The position numbers and the translations under genes are program-made. Below the pieces are notes generated by a model. That model made no database searches and had not been told where the DNA came from. It was given only the letters and a program-made list of their open reading frames with translations. DNA of 64,000 nucleotides from Candidatus Omnitrophota bacterium (lineage in GTDB: Bacteria; Omnitrophota; Omnitrophia; Omnitrophales; Aquincolibacteriaceae): the NCBI GenBank assembly GCA_903884815.1, contig CAISGE010000032.1, positions 69,978-133,977 on the forward strand, given 5' to 3'. Shown here piece after piece: positions 41,323 through 51,248 of the stretch. The number at the start of each line of letters is the position of its first letter. Position 1 is the first letter of the stretch.

Positions 41323-41925
41323 ATGTACCACTACTTGAACGGAAAGATCGCGGAGAAAACACCGACTGTTGTGATCCTGGACGTGAACGGGGTCGGCTAC
41401 GAGGTCCGCATTTCCGTGAACACGTTTTCATCGCTCCCGGATCTCGGGCAGGCGGTGAAACTCCTGACGCATTTTGTCGTGCGCGAAGATGCCCAGCTCC
41501 TTTATGGGTTCGCGACCGAGGAGGAACGGGAGGCGTTCAAGCTTCTTATTTCGATATCCGGTATTGGCCCCAAACTTGCGATCACGCTGCTTTCAGGCGT
41601 GGCGTTGCCGGACCTTAAACGCGCCATTCAGGAAAAAAACATTGCGGTGCTGACGGCTATTTCGGGGATCGGACAAAAGACCGCGGAACGCGTGATCGTC
41701 GAACTGAAAGATAAAATCGGGCGCGTGGAGGTGTCGGCGGGTAAAGAATTGCTTCATGACGCGAATATCTCCGATCAGGCGGTCGAGGATTCCGTGCTGG
41801 CCCTCGTGTCGTTGGGCTACACCAAACAGAAGGCGAAGGACGCGGTACAAAAGATCCTGAAAGAGACGCTTGGAAAAAAGATGAGTGTTGAGGAAATTAT
41901 CCGTAAGGCATTGAAGCACGTTTGA
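41323..41925 (+). CDS. ruvA: Holliday junction branch migration protein A
   Basis: GVGYE, VREDA..LYGF, SGIGPK.A, GIG.KTAER...EL. Confidence 0.96.
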   Translation: MYHYLNGKIAEKTPTVVILDVNGVGYEVRISVNTFSSLPDLGQAVKLLTHFVVREDAQLLYGFATEEEREAFKLLISISGIGPKLAITLLSGVALPDLKRAIQEKNIAVLTAISGIGQKTAERVIVELKDKIGRVEVSAGKELLHDANISDQAVEDSVLALVSLGYTKQKAKDAVQKILKETLGKKMSVEEIIRKALKHV

Positions 41926-41943
41926 ACGGACTAGAGACCCCCT

Positions 41944-42963
41944 ATGGTGGATGATCGATTGATGGACCAGGAATTCAAGCCCGAAGAGATCGATATCGAG
42001 GTCACCCTTCGTCCGAGCACTCTCGAAGAGTTCATCGGGCAGACGCAGGTGAAGGACAATATCAAGATCTTTGTCGAAGCCGCGCTCGGCCGCCAGGAAT
42101 CGCTCGACCATATCCTGCTTTTCGGGCCTCCGGGTCTCGGCAAGACCACGCTCGCCAATATTATCGCCACTCGCATGAAAGCCAAGATGCATCAGGTGTC
42201 CGGTCCCGTTCTTGAGCGCGCGGGCGACCTGGCCGGGATCCTCACGAATCTTGAAAAAGGGGATGTTCTTTTCATTGATGAGATCCACCGCATCCCGCAT
42301 GTGGTGGAGGAATACCTCTACTCGGCGATGGAGGATTATTCGATTGAGATCATGATTGATAAGGGGCCGCACGCGCGCTCCGTCAAAATGCAGCTTCCGC
42401 GTTTTACGCTGATCGGCGCCACGACCCGGAGCGGGCTTCTCACGGCGCCTCTGCGGTCCCGTTTCGGGATTATCGAAAGACTCAATTATTACGAGATCGA
42501 AGACCTAGCCACGATCGTCAAGCGCTCGGCCAAGATCCTGGAGATCGGCATTGATGAAAAAGGCGCGTCTGAGATCGCCGGCCGATCGCGCGGGACACCC
42601 CGTATTGCAAATCGCCTTCTTCGTCGCGTTCGGGATTACGCGCAGGTTAAAGCCGACGGTAAGATCACAGTCGATGTCGCGGACAAGGGGCTTCAGATGC
42701 TCGGTGTCGATCAGGAAGGGCTCGATTTGATGGATAAAAGGATCCTGCAATATATCCTCCGGGAATGCAAGGGCGGGCCCGTGGGCATTAACAGCCTTGC
42801 GGTGGGCGTTGGTGAAGATTCCGAGACGATCGAGGAGATCTATGAACCCTTTCTCATCCAGCGTGGCTTTCTCAAGCGTACCTCGGCCGGTCGTGTTCTC
42901 ACCGAACGCGCCTATCTTCACTTCGGTGTCAAGCCTCCCGCATCTGACAAGCAGCTTTTTTGA
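41944..42963 (+). CDS. ruvB: Holliday junction branch migration ATPase
   Basis: [39 protein letters not shown]. Confidence 0.97.
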   Translation: MVDDRLMDQEFKPEEIDIEVTLRPSTLEEFIGQTQVKDNIKIFVEAALGRQESLDHILLFGPPGLGKTTLANIIATRMKAKMHQVSGPVLERAGDLAGILTNLEKGDVLFIDEIHRIPHVVEEYLYSAMEDYSIEIMIDKGPHARSVKMQLPRFTLIGATTRSGLLTAPLRSRFGIIERLNYYEIEDLATIVKRSAKILEIGIDEKGASEIAGRSRGTPRIANRLLRRVRDYAQVKADGKITVDVADKGLQMLGVDQEGLDLMDKRILQYILRECKGGPVGINSLAVGVGEDSETIEEIYEPFLIQRGFLKRTSAGRVLTERAYLHFGVKPPASDKQLF

Positions 42964-43042
42964 TCCCTCCGGAATTTCGAATTCCCAAGAGAACTTCTTA
43001 AGGTTTTTTCGTGAAGTACGATAAAGGTTGAGAGGGTTATTT

Positions 43043-43810
43043 ATGAAAATGTGTGAAAAATGTGGCAAAGAGATTCCCGAGCCCTCTGAGGGCTGCGATT
43101 TTTGCGCGAAACGCGCAGCTGCCGAGGAAGGGATGTCTATGGCCGATTCGGTTTTAAAAGAGTTTCGGGGCTATGCCTCGAAGGACGGAAAAAAATTCGC
43201 AGGTGTTTTCAAAGCTCTTGACGAGGCGGATGCCGAGAGGAGACTTCTCGAACAAGGTTTTGAGTTCGTCAGGATTGAACCCGTCGTTCCCTCGGTGGTG
43301 GAAACAAAAGAACCGCCTATTTTTTCCAGGGTGTCTCTTCTCGCAAAGCGATCCTTCGCCCAGCCGATCCTGGTGGTAATCCCGATCCTGCTCATTTTTT
43401 TTGGCGCCAGTCTCTATAAGGATACATTGCTCGCGATAAAAAATCAGATGGTTGTATCCGCCGAGGCGGCGCGTCGTGCGACCTACCCCCATATTGGAGA
43501 TCTGATCATCTTGCAGCCCGGATATTTTTTGACGGAAAATAAAAGGATATTCAACACGGCTCTGGTCCATCAAAGGTCGGGCAACATTGCGGCGCTCAAG
43601 GCCCTTTTTGCGGGACAACGCGCAATGCTGGTCACGAGGGAAGGGATGCGATTCGTCTATGAGGGGCGGGATGGCGTGATCCCCAAGGCCGCCCGGGTGA
43701 GGTTTGAGAATTCTCAAGAAATACTTTATGTGGACCATGACGGGATCGATATCGCAAGATCCAAGGCCGAAGAGGCTCAGAGGCAAGAGGCGAAAACTTC
43801 AGTCAAATAA
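43043..43810 (+). CDS. Zinc-ribbon membrane protein, hypothetical
   Basis: CEKCG...CDFC at the N-terminus and one TM helix. Confidence 0.72.
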   Translation: MKMCEKCGKEIPEPSEGCDFCAKRAAAEEGMSMADSVLKEFRGYASKDGKKFAGVFKALDEADAERRLLEQGFEFVRIEPVVPSVVETKEPPIFSRVSLLAKRSFAQPILVVIPILLIFFGASLYKDTLLAIKNQMVVSAEAARRATYPHIGDLIILQPGYFLTENKRIFNTALVHQRSGNIAALKALFAGQRAMLVTREGMRFVYEGRDGVIPKAARVRFENSQEILYVDHDGIDIARSKAEEAQRQEAKTSVK

Positions 43811-43911
43811 TAGGTCAATCGCCGGGCTTGCCATAAATCCCCGAATGGCGGTTTTCTGTTGGGGGAATCATACAAAAGCATGCCATGCTCCTGTGGCGCA
43901 AGAGGCGGTCC

Positions 43912-44484
43912 TTGTCGAAAAAGATCCTGATACTCTCCGGAAGTCCCAAGAAGAACGGAAATACCGCTGCGCTCGTGGAATGGTTTACCGAAGGTGCGGC
44001 TTCGAGGGGCGCTCAGGTTGAGCTGATCCATACGGCATTCCTCCGGTTTCAATTCCCCGGTTGCACGTCCTGCCGCGCCTGCCAGAAAGAAGCTGCTTAT
44101 GAGTGCGTCATCGAAGATGACGCAAATCTCGCCCTCGGAAAGATGGCCGCCGCGGAGGTGATCGTGATGGCGACACCACTTTATTTCTTCTCGGCAAGCG
44201 CGCAGCTTAAAGTGATCATCGACAGGATGTTCTCGCTTTACAAATGGGATAATGCCGCCGGCACGATGAAGACCGTGCTTAAGGGAAAGGCGCTTGTTCT
44301 GCTCGCGAGCGCCTATGAAGATGTGGGAATGGACGCATTGGAAAAGCCATTCGTTCTGACCGCGGATTATACGGGAATGAAGTTCCGGTCCTTGCTTATT
44401 CCTAATGCGGGAGAGTCCGGTGAAATCCGTACGAAACCCGGCGTCCGTGAAAAAACGCGGGCACTTGCCGAAGAACTGGCCTGA
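43912..44484 (+). CDS. Iron-sulfur flavoprotein / flavodoxin family protein
   Basis: GSPKKNGNT, CTSCRAC...C, ATPLYF, K..IDR; TTG start inferred. Confidence 0.88.
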   Translation: MSKKILILSGSPKKNGNTAALVEWFTEGAASRGAQVELIHTAFLRFQFPGCTSCRACQKEAAYECVIEDDANLALGKMAAAEVIVMATPLYFFSASAQLKVIIDRMFSLYKWDNAAGTMKTVLKGKALVLLASAYEDVGMDALEKPFVLTADYTGMKFRSLLIPNAGESGEIRTKPGVREKTRALAEELA

Positions 44485-44499
44485 GGAAGAGGCATTTCC

Positions 44500-45054
44500 A
44501 TGAATCAAATTCGGGAAGAGGCGGCGGCATGGTGCCGGGGGAAGAATGGGTTCCTAAGGATCCCCCTTCTTTTAGGGCTCGCTTATATTCTGATCAAAAC
44601 TCTTAGGGATCCTTCGTGCACCAATCTTCTCTGGCCGCTCAACCTGGGGTTCCACGAAGCGGGGCATGCGCTGTTTGGATACGGCGGAAAGTTCCTCGGT
44701 ATGCTGGGCGGGACGCTTTTGGAAGGCCTGATGCCGCTCTTCGGCGCGTATTACTTTTACGGGAAGCGCGATTTTTTTTCGGCGGTGCTGAGCTTCGGAT
44801 GGCTATCGACCGCGCTTTTCAGTATCGCCCGCTATGCCGCAGACGCCCGGCAAATGGCGCTTCCTCTCGTGTCGCTCTCCGCGGATCCCGAGATTATTCA
44901 CGACTGGAATTATCTTCTGGGCCAGTGGGGACTTTTACAATACGATCAAACCATCGCCTTTCTCTTCCGCGTTCTCGCTGTCGGATCCATGCTCCTCTGT
45001 CTTGTCTGCGGTTTCTGGCTCGTCTATCGTATGTTGATTTCCCCGCGCGATTAA
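44500..45054 (+). CDS. Membrane protein with HExxH motif, M50B-like peptidase candidate
   Basis: FHEAGH, GGTL, Y.ADAR, HDWNYLL; several TM helices. Confidence 0.75.
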   Translation: MNQIREEAAAWCRGKNGFLRIPLLLGLAYILIKTLRDPSCTNLLWPLNLGFHEAGHALFGYGGKFLGMLGGTLLEGLMPLFGAYYFYGKRDFFSAVLSFGWLSTALFSIARYAADARQMALPLVSLSADPEIIHDWNYLLGQWGLLQYDQTIAFLFRVLAVGSMLLCLVCGFWLVYRMLISPRD

Positions 45055-45131
45055 CGGCAGGGAGTGTATCACCAGGGTTGCTTCGAAAGAGCGGGGCGTG
45101 CTATATTACAAAAAAATCGAGAGGAAACGGC

Positions 45132-45347
45132 ATGAGCGATCTTGCAAAAACCCTGATCTTTTTCGGCGTGATCCTGATCTGCATGGGTGTGTTTGCGACT
45201 ATTTTCTCCAAAGTGCCGATGCTCGGGAAGCTTCCGGGTGACATCTTTCTCCGGCGCGGAAGTTTTACTTTTTATTTTCCTCTGACCACCTGTGTCCTTC
45301 TCAGCCTGATCCTCACGCTCGCCTTCACTCTTTTCGGAAAAAAATGA
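45132..45347 (+). CDS. DUF2905 family small membrane protein
   Basis: LGKLPGDI...F.FYFPL.T..L.S; ATG 45132 with GAGG RBS. Confidence 0.88.
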   Translation: MSDLAKTLIFFGVILICMGVFATIFSKVPMLGKLPGDIFLRRGSFTFYFPLTTCVLLSLILTLAFTLFGKK

Positions 45348-45348
45348 C

Positions 45349-46170
45349 ATGCTCGAACTCCTGACCTCGTTCTGGCGCCCGCTTATCGAGATCCTCTTTA
45401 TCTGGGTCCTCATCTATACTGTGATCCGTTTCTTCCAGGGGACGCGCGCCATGCAGGTTCTTCTTGGCCTGATCATTCTTGTCGTGGTCTTCCTGGCGGC
45501 GAAATTTCTTGAGTTAAATAGCATCATTTGGGTCCTTTCCAAGCTTTTCGCGGTCGGTGTCGTGGCCTTTCTTATTATCTTCCAGCCCGAGATGCGCCGC
45601 GTGCTCGCGCGTCTTGGGACGACGATGTCGAGTGGTTTTTTGTCGAAGGGCGGCACGATCGACGAGATCGTCCGCGCCTGTGACCATATGGCGCGTCACC
45701 GTACCGGCGCTTTGATCGCGATGGAGCGGGATGTGGGCCTCAAGAGTTACATCGAAAGCGGTATGATGATCGACGCGAAAGTGAGCGCGGAACTTCTCCT
45801 CAGCCTGTTCGACCCGCATACTCCGACGCATGACGGAGCCGCGATCATCACCGGCGACCGTATCGCCTGCTGCGGCTCGCTTTTTCCTTTGACACAGATG
45901 ACGGACCTTCCGACTTCGGTCGGGACACGCCACCGTGCGGCGATCGGGCTTACGGAAGAGAATGACGCGGTCTGCATCGTGGTTTCGGAAGAGACCGGGA
46001 GTATTTCAGTCTCGGTTTTCGGGAAATTGACCAAAGCGCTCGACCTGGAAGATCTCAAAAAGATCCTCGAAGGACTTTTTAAGCCTGTGGAAAACAAGAA
46101 TGTGTTTAAGGATTTTATCGATGCGAACCGGAAGCTTTTTCAATTTCACGGAAAGAACCCTCAAAAATGA
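45349..46170 (+). CDS. cdaA: Diadenylate cyclase
   Basis: Three TM helices, IFQPE.RR, GALI, HDGA, GTRHRAA.G, VSEETG. Confidence 0.95.
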   Translation: MLELLTSFWRPLIEILFIWVLIYTVIRFFQGTRAMQVLLGLIILVVVFLAAKFLELNSIIWVLSKLFAVGVVAFLIIFQPEMRRVLARLGTTMSSGFLSKGGTIDEIVRACDHMARHRTGALIAMERDVGLKSYIESGMMIDAKVSAELLLSLFDPHTPTHDGAAIITGDRIACCGSLFPLTQMTDLPTSVGTRHRAAIGLTEENDAVCIVVSEETGSISVSVFGKLTKALDLEDLKKILEGLFKPVENKNVFKDFIDANRKLFQFHGKNPQK

Positions 46171-47105
46171 TGCGCTGGGTGACTCATAACTGGGGTCTTA
46201 AGATCATCTCCCTTGTGCTTGCGGTCGCGACGTGGTATTACGCGGTGGGTGAGGAGAATATCGAAGTGACACGTGTGATCCCGCTCAAGATCCAGATGAG
46301 CAGTACGCAAATGACGGTTTCGGAGATCTCGGTGCGTGCCGTCCAGGTCACGCTTTTGGCGCCGCGTGCCCTGATCGTGAATCTCGCGAGTCAGGATATT
46401 CAGGCCCTGCATAAGATCGGACCGGAGATCAAGACCGCCGGGGAATATTCCTTCCGGTTAGAACCTGCCGAGATCCGGCTGCCGAGTTTTCAGATCCGTG
46501 TGGCGAAGATCGTGCCGGAGATCGTGACCGTCAAACTCGACGAACTGATGGTTCAGAAACTCGAGATCCAGCCGGATTTTGTCGGGGAACCTGCCATTGG
46601 ATATAAATTGCTCAAGGATGAGCTGCGCATGGACCCGAACGCCATTCTGGCGCAAGGGCCCAAAGGCGTTCTGGAGAAAATGAAATCGGCGAAAACCGAA
46701 CCGATCGATCTTGTCGGCCGGATCCGTTCTTTTCACCGCACGGTGGAGGTGAAATTACCGCCGGGCGTGAAGGCGATGAGCGAGTCCCTTGTGAATGTCT
46801 ATGTCCCGATCCGCGAGGAGTTTGGCGAGAAAGAGCTTAAGGATGTTCTGGTGCGCATTCTGAGAGCGCCCACGGCCGGCGGTGTGGTGGATCTAAACCC
46901 CGAAAAGGTGTCGCTCGTCCTCAAGGGGTCGAAGCTTTATCTCGAAAAGTTAACTCCGGAGACGTTGCTTGCTTATGTGGATCTCGGAAATCTGAAAAAA
47001 GGCGATTATGAACTGCCGCTTCAGGTGGTGCTTCCCGAAAACGTAAGCCTGAAAGATAAAGAGCCCCTCAAGATTAAGGTCGCGATCCGGGCGCTCGCGA
47101 AATGA
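46167..47105 (+). CDS. cdaR: YbbR-domain CdaA regulator
   Basis: N..LKI.SL.LA...W anchor and YbbR-like repeats; directly after cdaA. Confidence 0.88.
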   Translation: MMRWVTHNWGLKIISLVLAVATWYYAVGEENIEVTRVIPLKIQMSSTQMTVSEISVRAVQVTLLAPRALIVNLASQDIQALHKIGPEIKTAGEYSFRLEPAEIRLPSFQIRVAKIVPEIVTVKLDELMVQKLEIQPDFVGEPAIGYKLLKDELRMDPNAILAQGPKGVLEKMKSAKTEPIDLVGRIRSFHRTVEVKLPPGVKAMSESLVNVYVPIREEFGEKELKDVLVRILRAPTAGGVVDLNPEKVSLVLKGSKLYLEKLTPETLLAYVDLGNLKKGDYELPLQVVLPENVSLKDKEPLKIKVAIRALAK

Positions 47106-47109
47106 CATT

Positions 47110-47868
47110 ATGATGACCCCCGCCAATCGATCGCAAACACTCGGTGTCAACATTGACCACGTGGCGACACTGCGCCAGGCGCGCCGTGCTGTCGAACCTT
47201 CCGTGCTGGAGGCCGCGCTCGATGCCGAGCAAGGCGGGGCAGACAGCATCACCGTGCACTTGCGCGAGGACCGGCGTCACATCCAGGATGCCGATGTCTT
47301 CGAGCTTATGGAAAAAATCTACGTGCCGCTGAATCTCGAGATGTCGGTTTCTCCGGGGATCTTGAAGATCGCGTTGAAAGTCCTTCCCGAAAAAGCGTGT
47401 CTTGTTCCCGAGAAGAGAAAAGAGCTCACCACCGAAGGCGGCCTGGATCTTTTTTCCGGAAAAGGCGCCCTTGCTCGCACGATCGACGCGCTTACTTGCA
47501 AGAAAGTCGAAGTTAGCCTTTTCATTGATCCGATCGAGGCCCAGGTGCGCGAAGCCGCGCGACTTGGGGCTTACGCGATCGAGATCCACACGGGTTCTTA
47601 CGCGAACGGTACCGGCAAAAGGAAAGAAAAAGAACTTTCCCGCGTCCGGGAAGCCGCACGGCTCGGCCAGGCGCTCGGGCTCCGTGTTCATGCCGGTCAC
47701 GGTCTCAATTATGAGAACATTTTCCCGCTTCTGGCGATCCCGGAGATCCTCGAATTCAATATCGGCCACTCGATCATCAGCCGCGCGATGTTTGTGGGGA
47801 TCGCCCGCGCTGTTTCGGAGATGAAAAAGATAATCCGTACGGCGTACGGCGCAAGGCGTACGGTGTAA
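47110..47868 (+). CDS. pdxJ: Pyridoxine 5'-phosphate synthase
   Basis: LGVNIDHVATLRQAR, HLREDRRHI, TTEGGL, HAGHGL, NIGH. Confidence 0.96.
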   Translation: MMTPANRSQTLGVNIDHVATLRQARRAVEPSVLEAALDAEQGGADSITVHLREDRRHIQDADVFELMEKIYVPLNLEMSVSPGILKIALKVLPEKACLVPEKRKELTTEGGLDLFSGKGALARTIDALTCKKVEVSLFIDPIEAQVREAARLGAYAIEIHTGSYANGTGKRKEKELSRVREAARLGQALGLRVHAGHGLNYENIFPLLAIPEILEFNIGHSIISRAMFVGIARAVSEMKKIIRTAYGARRTV

Positions 47869-47916
47869 TATTCCAAGGAAGGCAATTGCCGTACACCGTA
47901 CGCTATACGCCTTACT
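47836..47916. repeat. Heptamer-periodic inverted repeat (element C) spanning the pdxJ stop
   Basis: CGTACGG-CGTACGG-CGCAAGG-CGTACGG, 25-nt spacer, CCGTACA-CCGTACG-CTATACG-CCTTACT. Confidence 0.85.
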
Positions 47917-47922
47917 AAAATT

Positions 47923-48789
47923 ATGAATATCCAAGCCATCGCCCAAAAACTCAAGCGTCCCGTGACCGCCCATAAAGGCACTTTCGGTCGCGTTTTCATT
48001 CTCGCCGGGTCTCGCGGGATGACGGGCTGCGCCCATCTCACCGGAATGGCGTCGCTTCGCTCCGGCGCGGGGCTGGTGACAGTTGGCGTGCCGGAGGCAG
48101 TTTACCGGATCATCGCCCGGCGCGAAGCCGAGCTGATGGTGTGTCCTTATCCTTCCACCCCCCGGGGGACTCTCTCCCTTGCCGGATTTCTTGAGATCAA
48201 AAAGTTCTGTCGCACGCAAAACGCGCTCGCCCTCGGTCCCGGACTTTCACAAAACGATACCACTCAAAAACTGATCCGCAAAGTGGTCGCCGGTTCGGAA
48301 CTTCCGGTTGTGATCGATGCGGACGGACTCAACGCTTTGAAAGGACATCTCAAGGTTCTTAAGGACTGTCGCGGTCGCGCGGTTTTAACGCCGCATCCAG
48401 GAGAATTTGTCCGTATGTTCGGAGGCAAGCTTAACGACACGGAAGCCGTGCGGAAGGATCGGGCCACGGCGGTCGCAAGAGGACACGGCGTGGTGGTAGT
48501 CCTCAAGGGACATCACACGGTCGTTGCTTCACCGGACGGTGAAGCTTATGTGAATAAAACCGGAAATCCCGGGATGGCCACGGCGGGTTCCGGGGACGTC
48601 CTCACCGGCATGATCGCGGCTCTTATCGGACAGAGACTTTCTTTGTATGAAGCGGCCTGCCTCGGAGTTTATGTTCATGGCTTTGCGGGCGATCGTGCCG
48701 CACGGGAAATGGGCGAAATAAGTCTCACGGCGGGGGATATTTTGAGCCACTTGCCGGGGGCTTTTAAGAAAACAAGCTCTGTCCGCTGA
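47923..48789 (+). CDS. nnrD: ADP-dependent NAD(P)HX dehydratase, stand-alone
   Basis: HKGTFG, GAGLV, GPGL, IDADGL, LTPH.GE, GSGDVL.G. Confidence 0.93.
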   Translation: MNIQAIAQKLKRPVTAHKGTFGRVFILAGSRGMTGCAHLTGMASLRSGAGLVTVGVPEAVYRIIARREAELMVCPYPSTPRGTLSLAGFLEIKKFCRTQNALALGPGLSQNDTTQKLIRKVVAGSELPVVIDADGLNALKGHLKVLKDCRGRAVLTPHPGEFVRMFGGKLNDTEAVRKDRATAVARGHGVVVVLKGHHTVVASPDGEAYVNKTGNPGMATAGSGDVLTGMIAALIGQRLSLYEAACLGVYVHGFAGDRAAREMGEISLTAGDILSHLPGAFKKTSSVR

Positions 48790-48846
48790 CCCGATAATCC
48801 CAATGAATACCCCCATTTTTTCAAGATCACAGAATGGAAGCGGGGT

Positions 48847-49626
48847 ATGCCCGTGAGTGTGAAGCCTCTCAATCCGCGCGAATATTCCGTCTCCATCATT
48901 ATTCCCTGTCGTAATGAAAGGGGGAATATCGAAGCGGTGGTGACGCGAATGCCGGCCCTCTCATCTTGTCAGGAGCTCATCTTTGTGGAAGGTCATTCCG
49001 GCGACGGCACATACCAGGAGATCGAGCGCGTGATGAGCGCCCATCCGGAAAAGGATATGCAATTATTTCGCCAAGAGGGGGATGGCAAAGGGGACGCGGT
49101 CCGTCTCGGGTTCGCGAAAGCTAAGGGAGAGATCTTGATCATTTTTGATGCGGACGTAACAGTGATCCCGGAAAGTCTCCCGGAATTTTACGCCGCTTTG
49201 CGGGATCAGCGAGGCGAGTTTGTCTATGGCTCTCGTTTGGCACTTCCCATGGAGAAAGGCGCGATGCCGCGCTTGAATTTTTTGGGGAATACGCTCTCAG
49301 CGCTGTTCTTCTCCTGGCTTCTCTCCCGGCGGTTTACCGATACCTTGTGCGGTGTTAAGGCAATGTTCCGCGCGGATTATCAGCGATTGGTCGAGGCTGC
49401 TCAGGATATTATGCCGCTCGATCCCTGGGGCGATTTCTCTTTGATCCTTGGGGCGTTTCAATTGAACCTTCGGATCCTGGAGATTCCCGTGGCTTATAAG
49501 AGTCGCCAGTATGGCATGTCCCAGATCAAGCGCTTTCAGGATACCTTGCGTCTCTTGAGGCTGTGCGTTTCCGCTATCTGGGTGCTCAAATTCAGAGGAC
49601 CTCGACCCTTGAGGAGTATTCTTTAA
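48847..49626 (+). CDS. GT2 glycosyltransferase, DPM-synthase-like
   Basis: IIPCRNE, S.DGT, GKG.AV, DAD, GSR, DTLCG.K. Confidence 0.9.
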   Translation: MPVSVKPLNPREYSVSIIIPCRNERGNIEAVVTRMPALSSCQELIFVEGHSGDGTYQEIERVMSAHPEKDMQLFRQEGDGKGDAVRLGFAKAKGEILIIFDADVTVIPESLPEFYAALRDQRGEFVYGSRLALPMEKGAMPRLNFLGNTLSALFFSWLLSRRFTDTLCGVKAMFRADYQRLVEAAQDIMPLDPWGDFSLILGAFQLNLRILEIPVAYKSRQYGMSQIKRFQDTLRLLRLCVSAIWVLKFRGPRPLRSIL

Positions 49627-51240
49627 ATGGGTGAGCCTGATCTGGTGATACCAAGGCGCTTCAAGATCCCGGAATGGGTTGCTGTCGGGGGGTTCTTCGT
49701 CCTTCTTCTTGCCGTCGGGCTGATGATCTTTAAAGATTACGGCGTTCACCGGGATGAATACCATAATCAGGTATTTGGCCAGCGTTGGGCGAAGTACTCC
49801 GTTGAGGTTCTGAAGGCCGGTTCTCTCGGAGTGGCTCTCCCCAGGTACGGCCACCATGATCTTTGCCACGGTCCGGCTTTCGAGATTTTTCTGGCCTTCC
49901 TGGCAGAACATCTCCCCTCGAAAAATTCGCGGAACATTCTCTGGATGCGGCATTTGAGCGTCTTTCTTCTGTTCTATGTCGGAGTGATCTTCTTTTACTT
50001 TCTTTGCCGGAGGGTTTTAAAGAGTTGGCGCTTGGCTTTGCTGGGATGCGCCCTCCTGGTTATGAGCCCGCGGATATTCGCAGATGCTTTCTACAACAGC
50101 GTGGATATCGCCTTTCTCGTCTTTTTCACCCTCGGCCTGTTCACGCTGCTTAGGATGCTGGATAAAAAAACTGTAGGGGCCTCAGCAGCCCACGCGTTTG
50201 CCTGCGCGGTACTGATCGATGTTCGTCCTCTGGGAGTTTTCTTGCCCATCCTTTCGACGATCTTTTTTCTATTTGAGGTTTTCCGTCTTCGTGTACCTCA
50301 AGAGCGGTGGCGGGCCTTGATCACTTTCTTGTTTTTTATTTTATCCCTGGGGGTTCTGACGGTGGCCTTCAATCCGTTCTTATGGTCGGCTCCGTGGACG
50401 CATCTTCTTGAAATGATCCGTTTTCTCAGGAAGCTTCGCCTGGACTGGCCGATGGTTTATGGGGGGCTGGGTCTTACGGTTCGGAAAATGCCGTGGCATT
50501 ACGCGCCTGTATGGATCCTGGTGTCGACTCCCATCTTGTACGGGGTATTTTTTCTGATGGGTCTTTTTACGGCGATCCGGGTTCTTCTGAAAAATACGGA
50601 TGGACGATCTTTGACGAGAAGGGATGCCGCCGTATTTTTGATAAGTTTTTTCCTTCCGATGCTCTTTTCACGGGGGAGACTCTATAACGGTTGGCGGCAC
50701 ATCTATTTCATTTACCCCATTTTCTTGATTCTCGCTCTCGGAGGATTTCAAGGCTTATGGAAAAACAGTGGGCTGGTTTTGAGGAAGGTGCTCGTGGTCG
50801 GAATCGCCCTCAGCTTTTTGGAAACGGCCATTTTTATGATTGTCAACCACCCGTATCAAAACCTGTATTTCAACCGAATGGGAGGCGCGAATGCCGCTGA
50901 GATCACGCGTCGATTCGAGCTGGACTACTGGGGTCTGACTTACCGGGAGGCCCTGGAATATATTTTAAAGACGGATAAGGATCAAAGGATCCCAATCAAT
51001 TTTTACCAAGGCCCCGGAGGGGAGAGTCTTGAGATCCTTTCGACGATGGAGAGAAAAAGGCTTGTCCTGACAACCGTCGATAAAGCTAAATACTTTCTAA
51101 CGGAGGAGATGACGAAGCCCTATCCGTCCAAGGGTGAAGAATACTATTCGGTTCAGGTCAATGGGGTCAAGGTCATGGTCATCTACAAATTGCCGCCCCC
51201 CGAGGCGAGACCTCCGGCGCAAGTTACGCCGCAACCTTAA
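49627..51240 (+). CDS. GT-C membrane glycosyltransferase, ArnT/PMT-like
   Basis: DE motif after TM1, many TM helices, PWHY, YNGWRH, DYWG. Confidence 0.82.
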   Translation: MGEPDLVIPRRFKIPEWVAVGGFFVLLLAVGLMIFKDYGVHRDEYHNQVFGQRWAKYSVEVLKAGSLGVALPRYGHHDLCHGPAFEIFLAFLAEHLPSKNSRNILWMRHLSVFLLFYVGVIFFYFLCRRVLKSWRLALLGCALLVMSPRIFADAFYNSVDIAFLVFFTLGLFTLLRMLDKKTVGASAAHAFACAVLIDVRPLGVFLPILSTIFFLFEVFRLRVPQERWRALITFLFFILSLGVLTVAFNPFLWSAPWTHLLEMIRFLRKLRLDWPMVYGGLGLTVRKMPWHYAPVWILVSTPILYGVFFLMGLFTAIRVLLKNTDGRSLTRRDAAVFLISFFLPMLFSRGRLYNGWRHIYFIYPIFLILALGGFQGLWKNSGLVLRKVLVVGIALSFLETAIFMIVNHPYQNLYFNRMGGANAAEITRRFELDYWGLTYREALEYILKTDKDQRIPINFYQGPGGESLEILSTMERKRLVLTTVDKAKYFLTEEMTKPYPSKGEEYYSVQVNGVKVMVIYKLPPPEARPPAQVTPQP

Positions 51241-51248
51241 ATGGAGAC

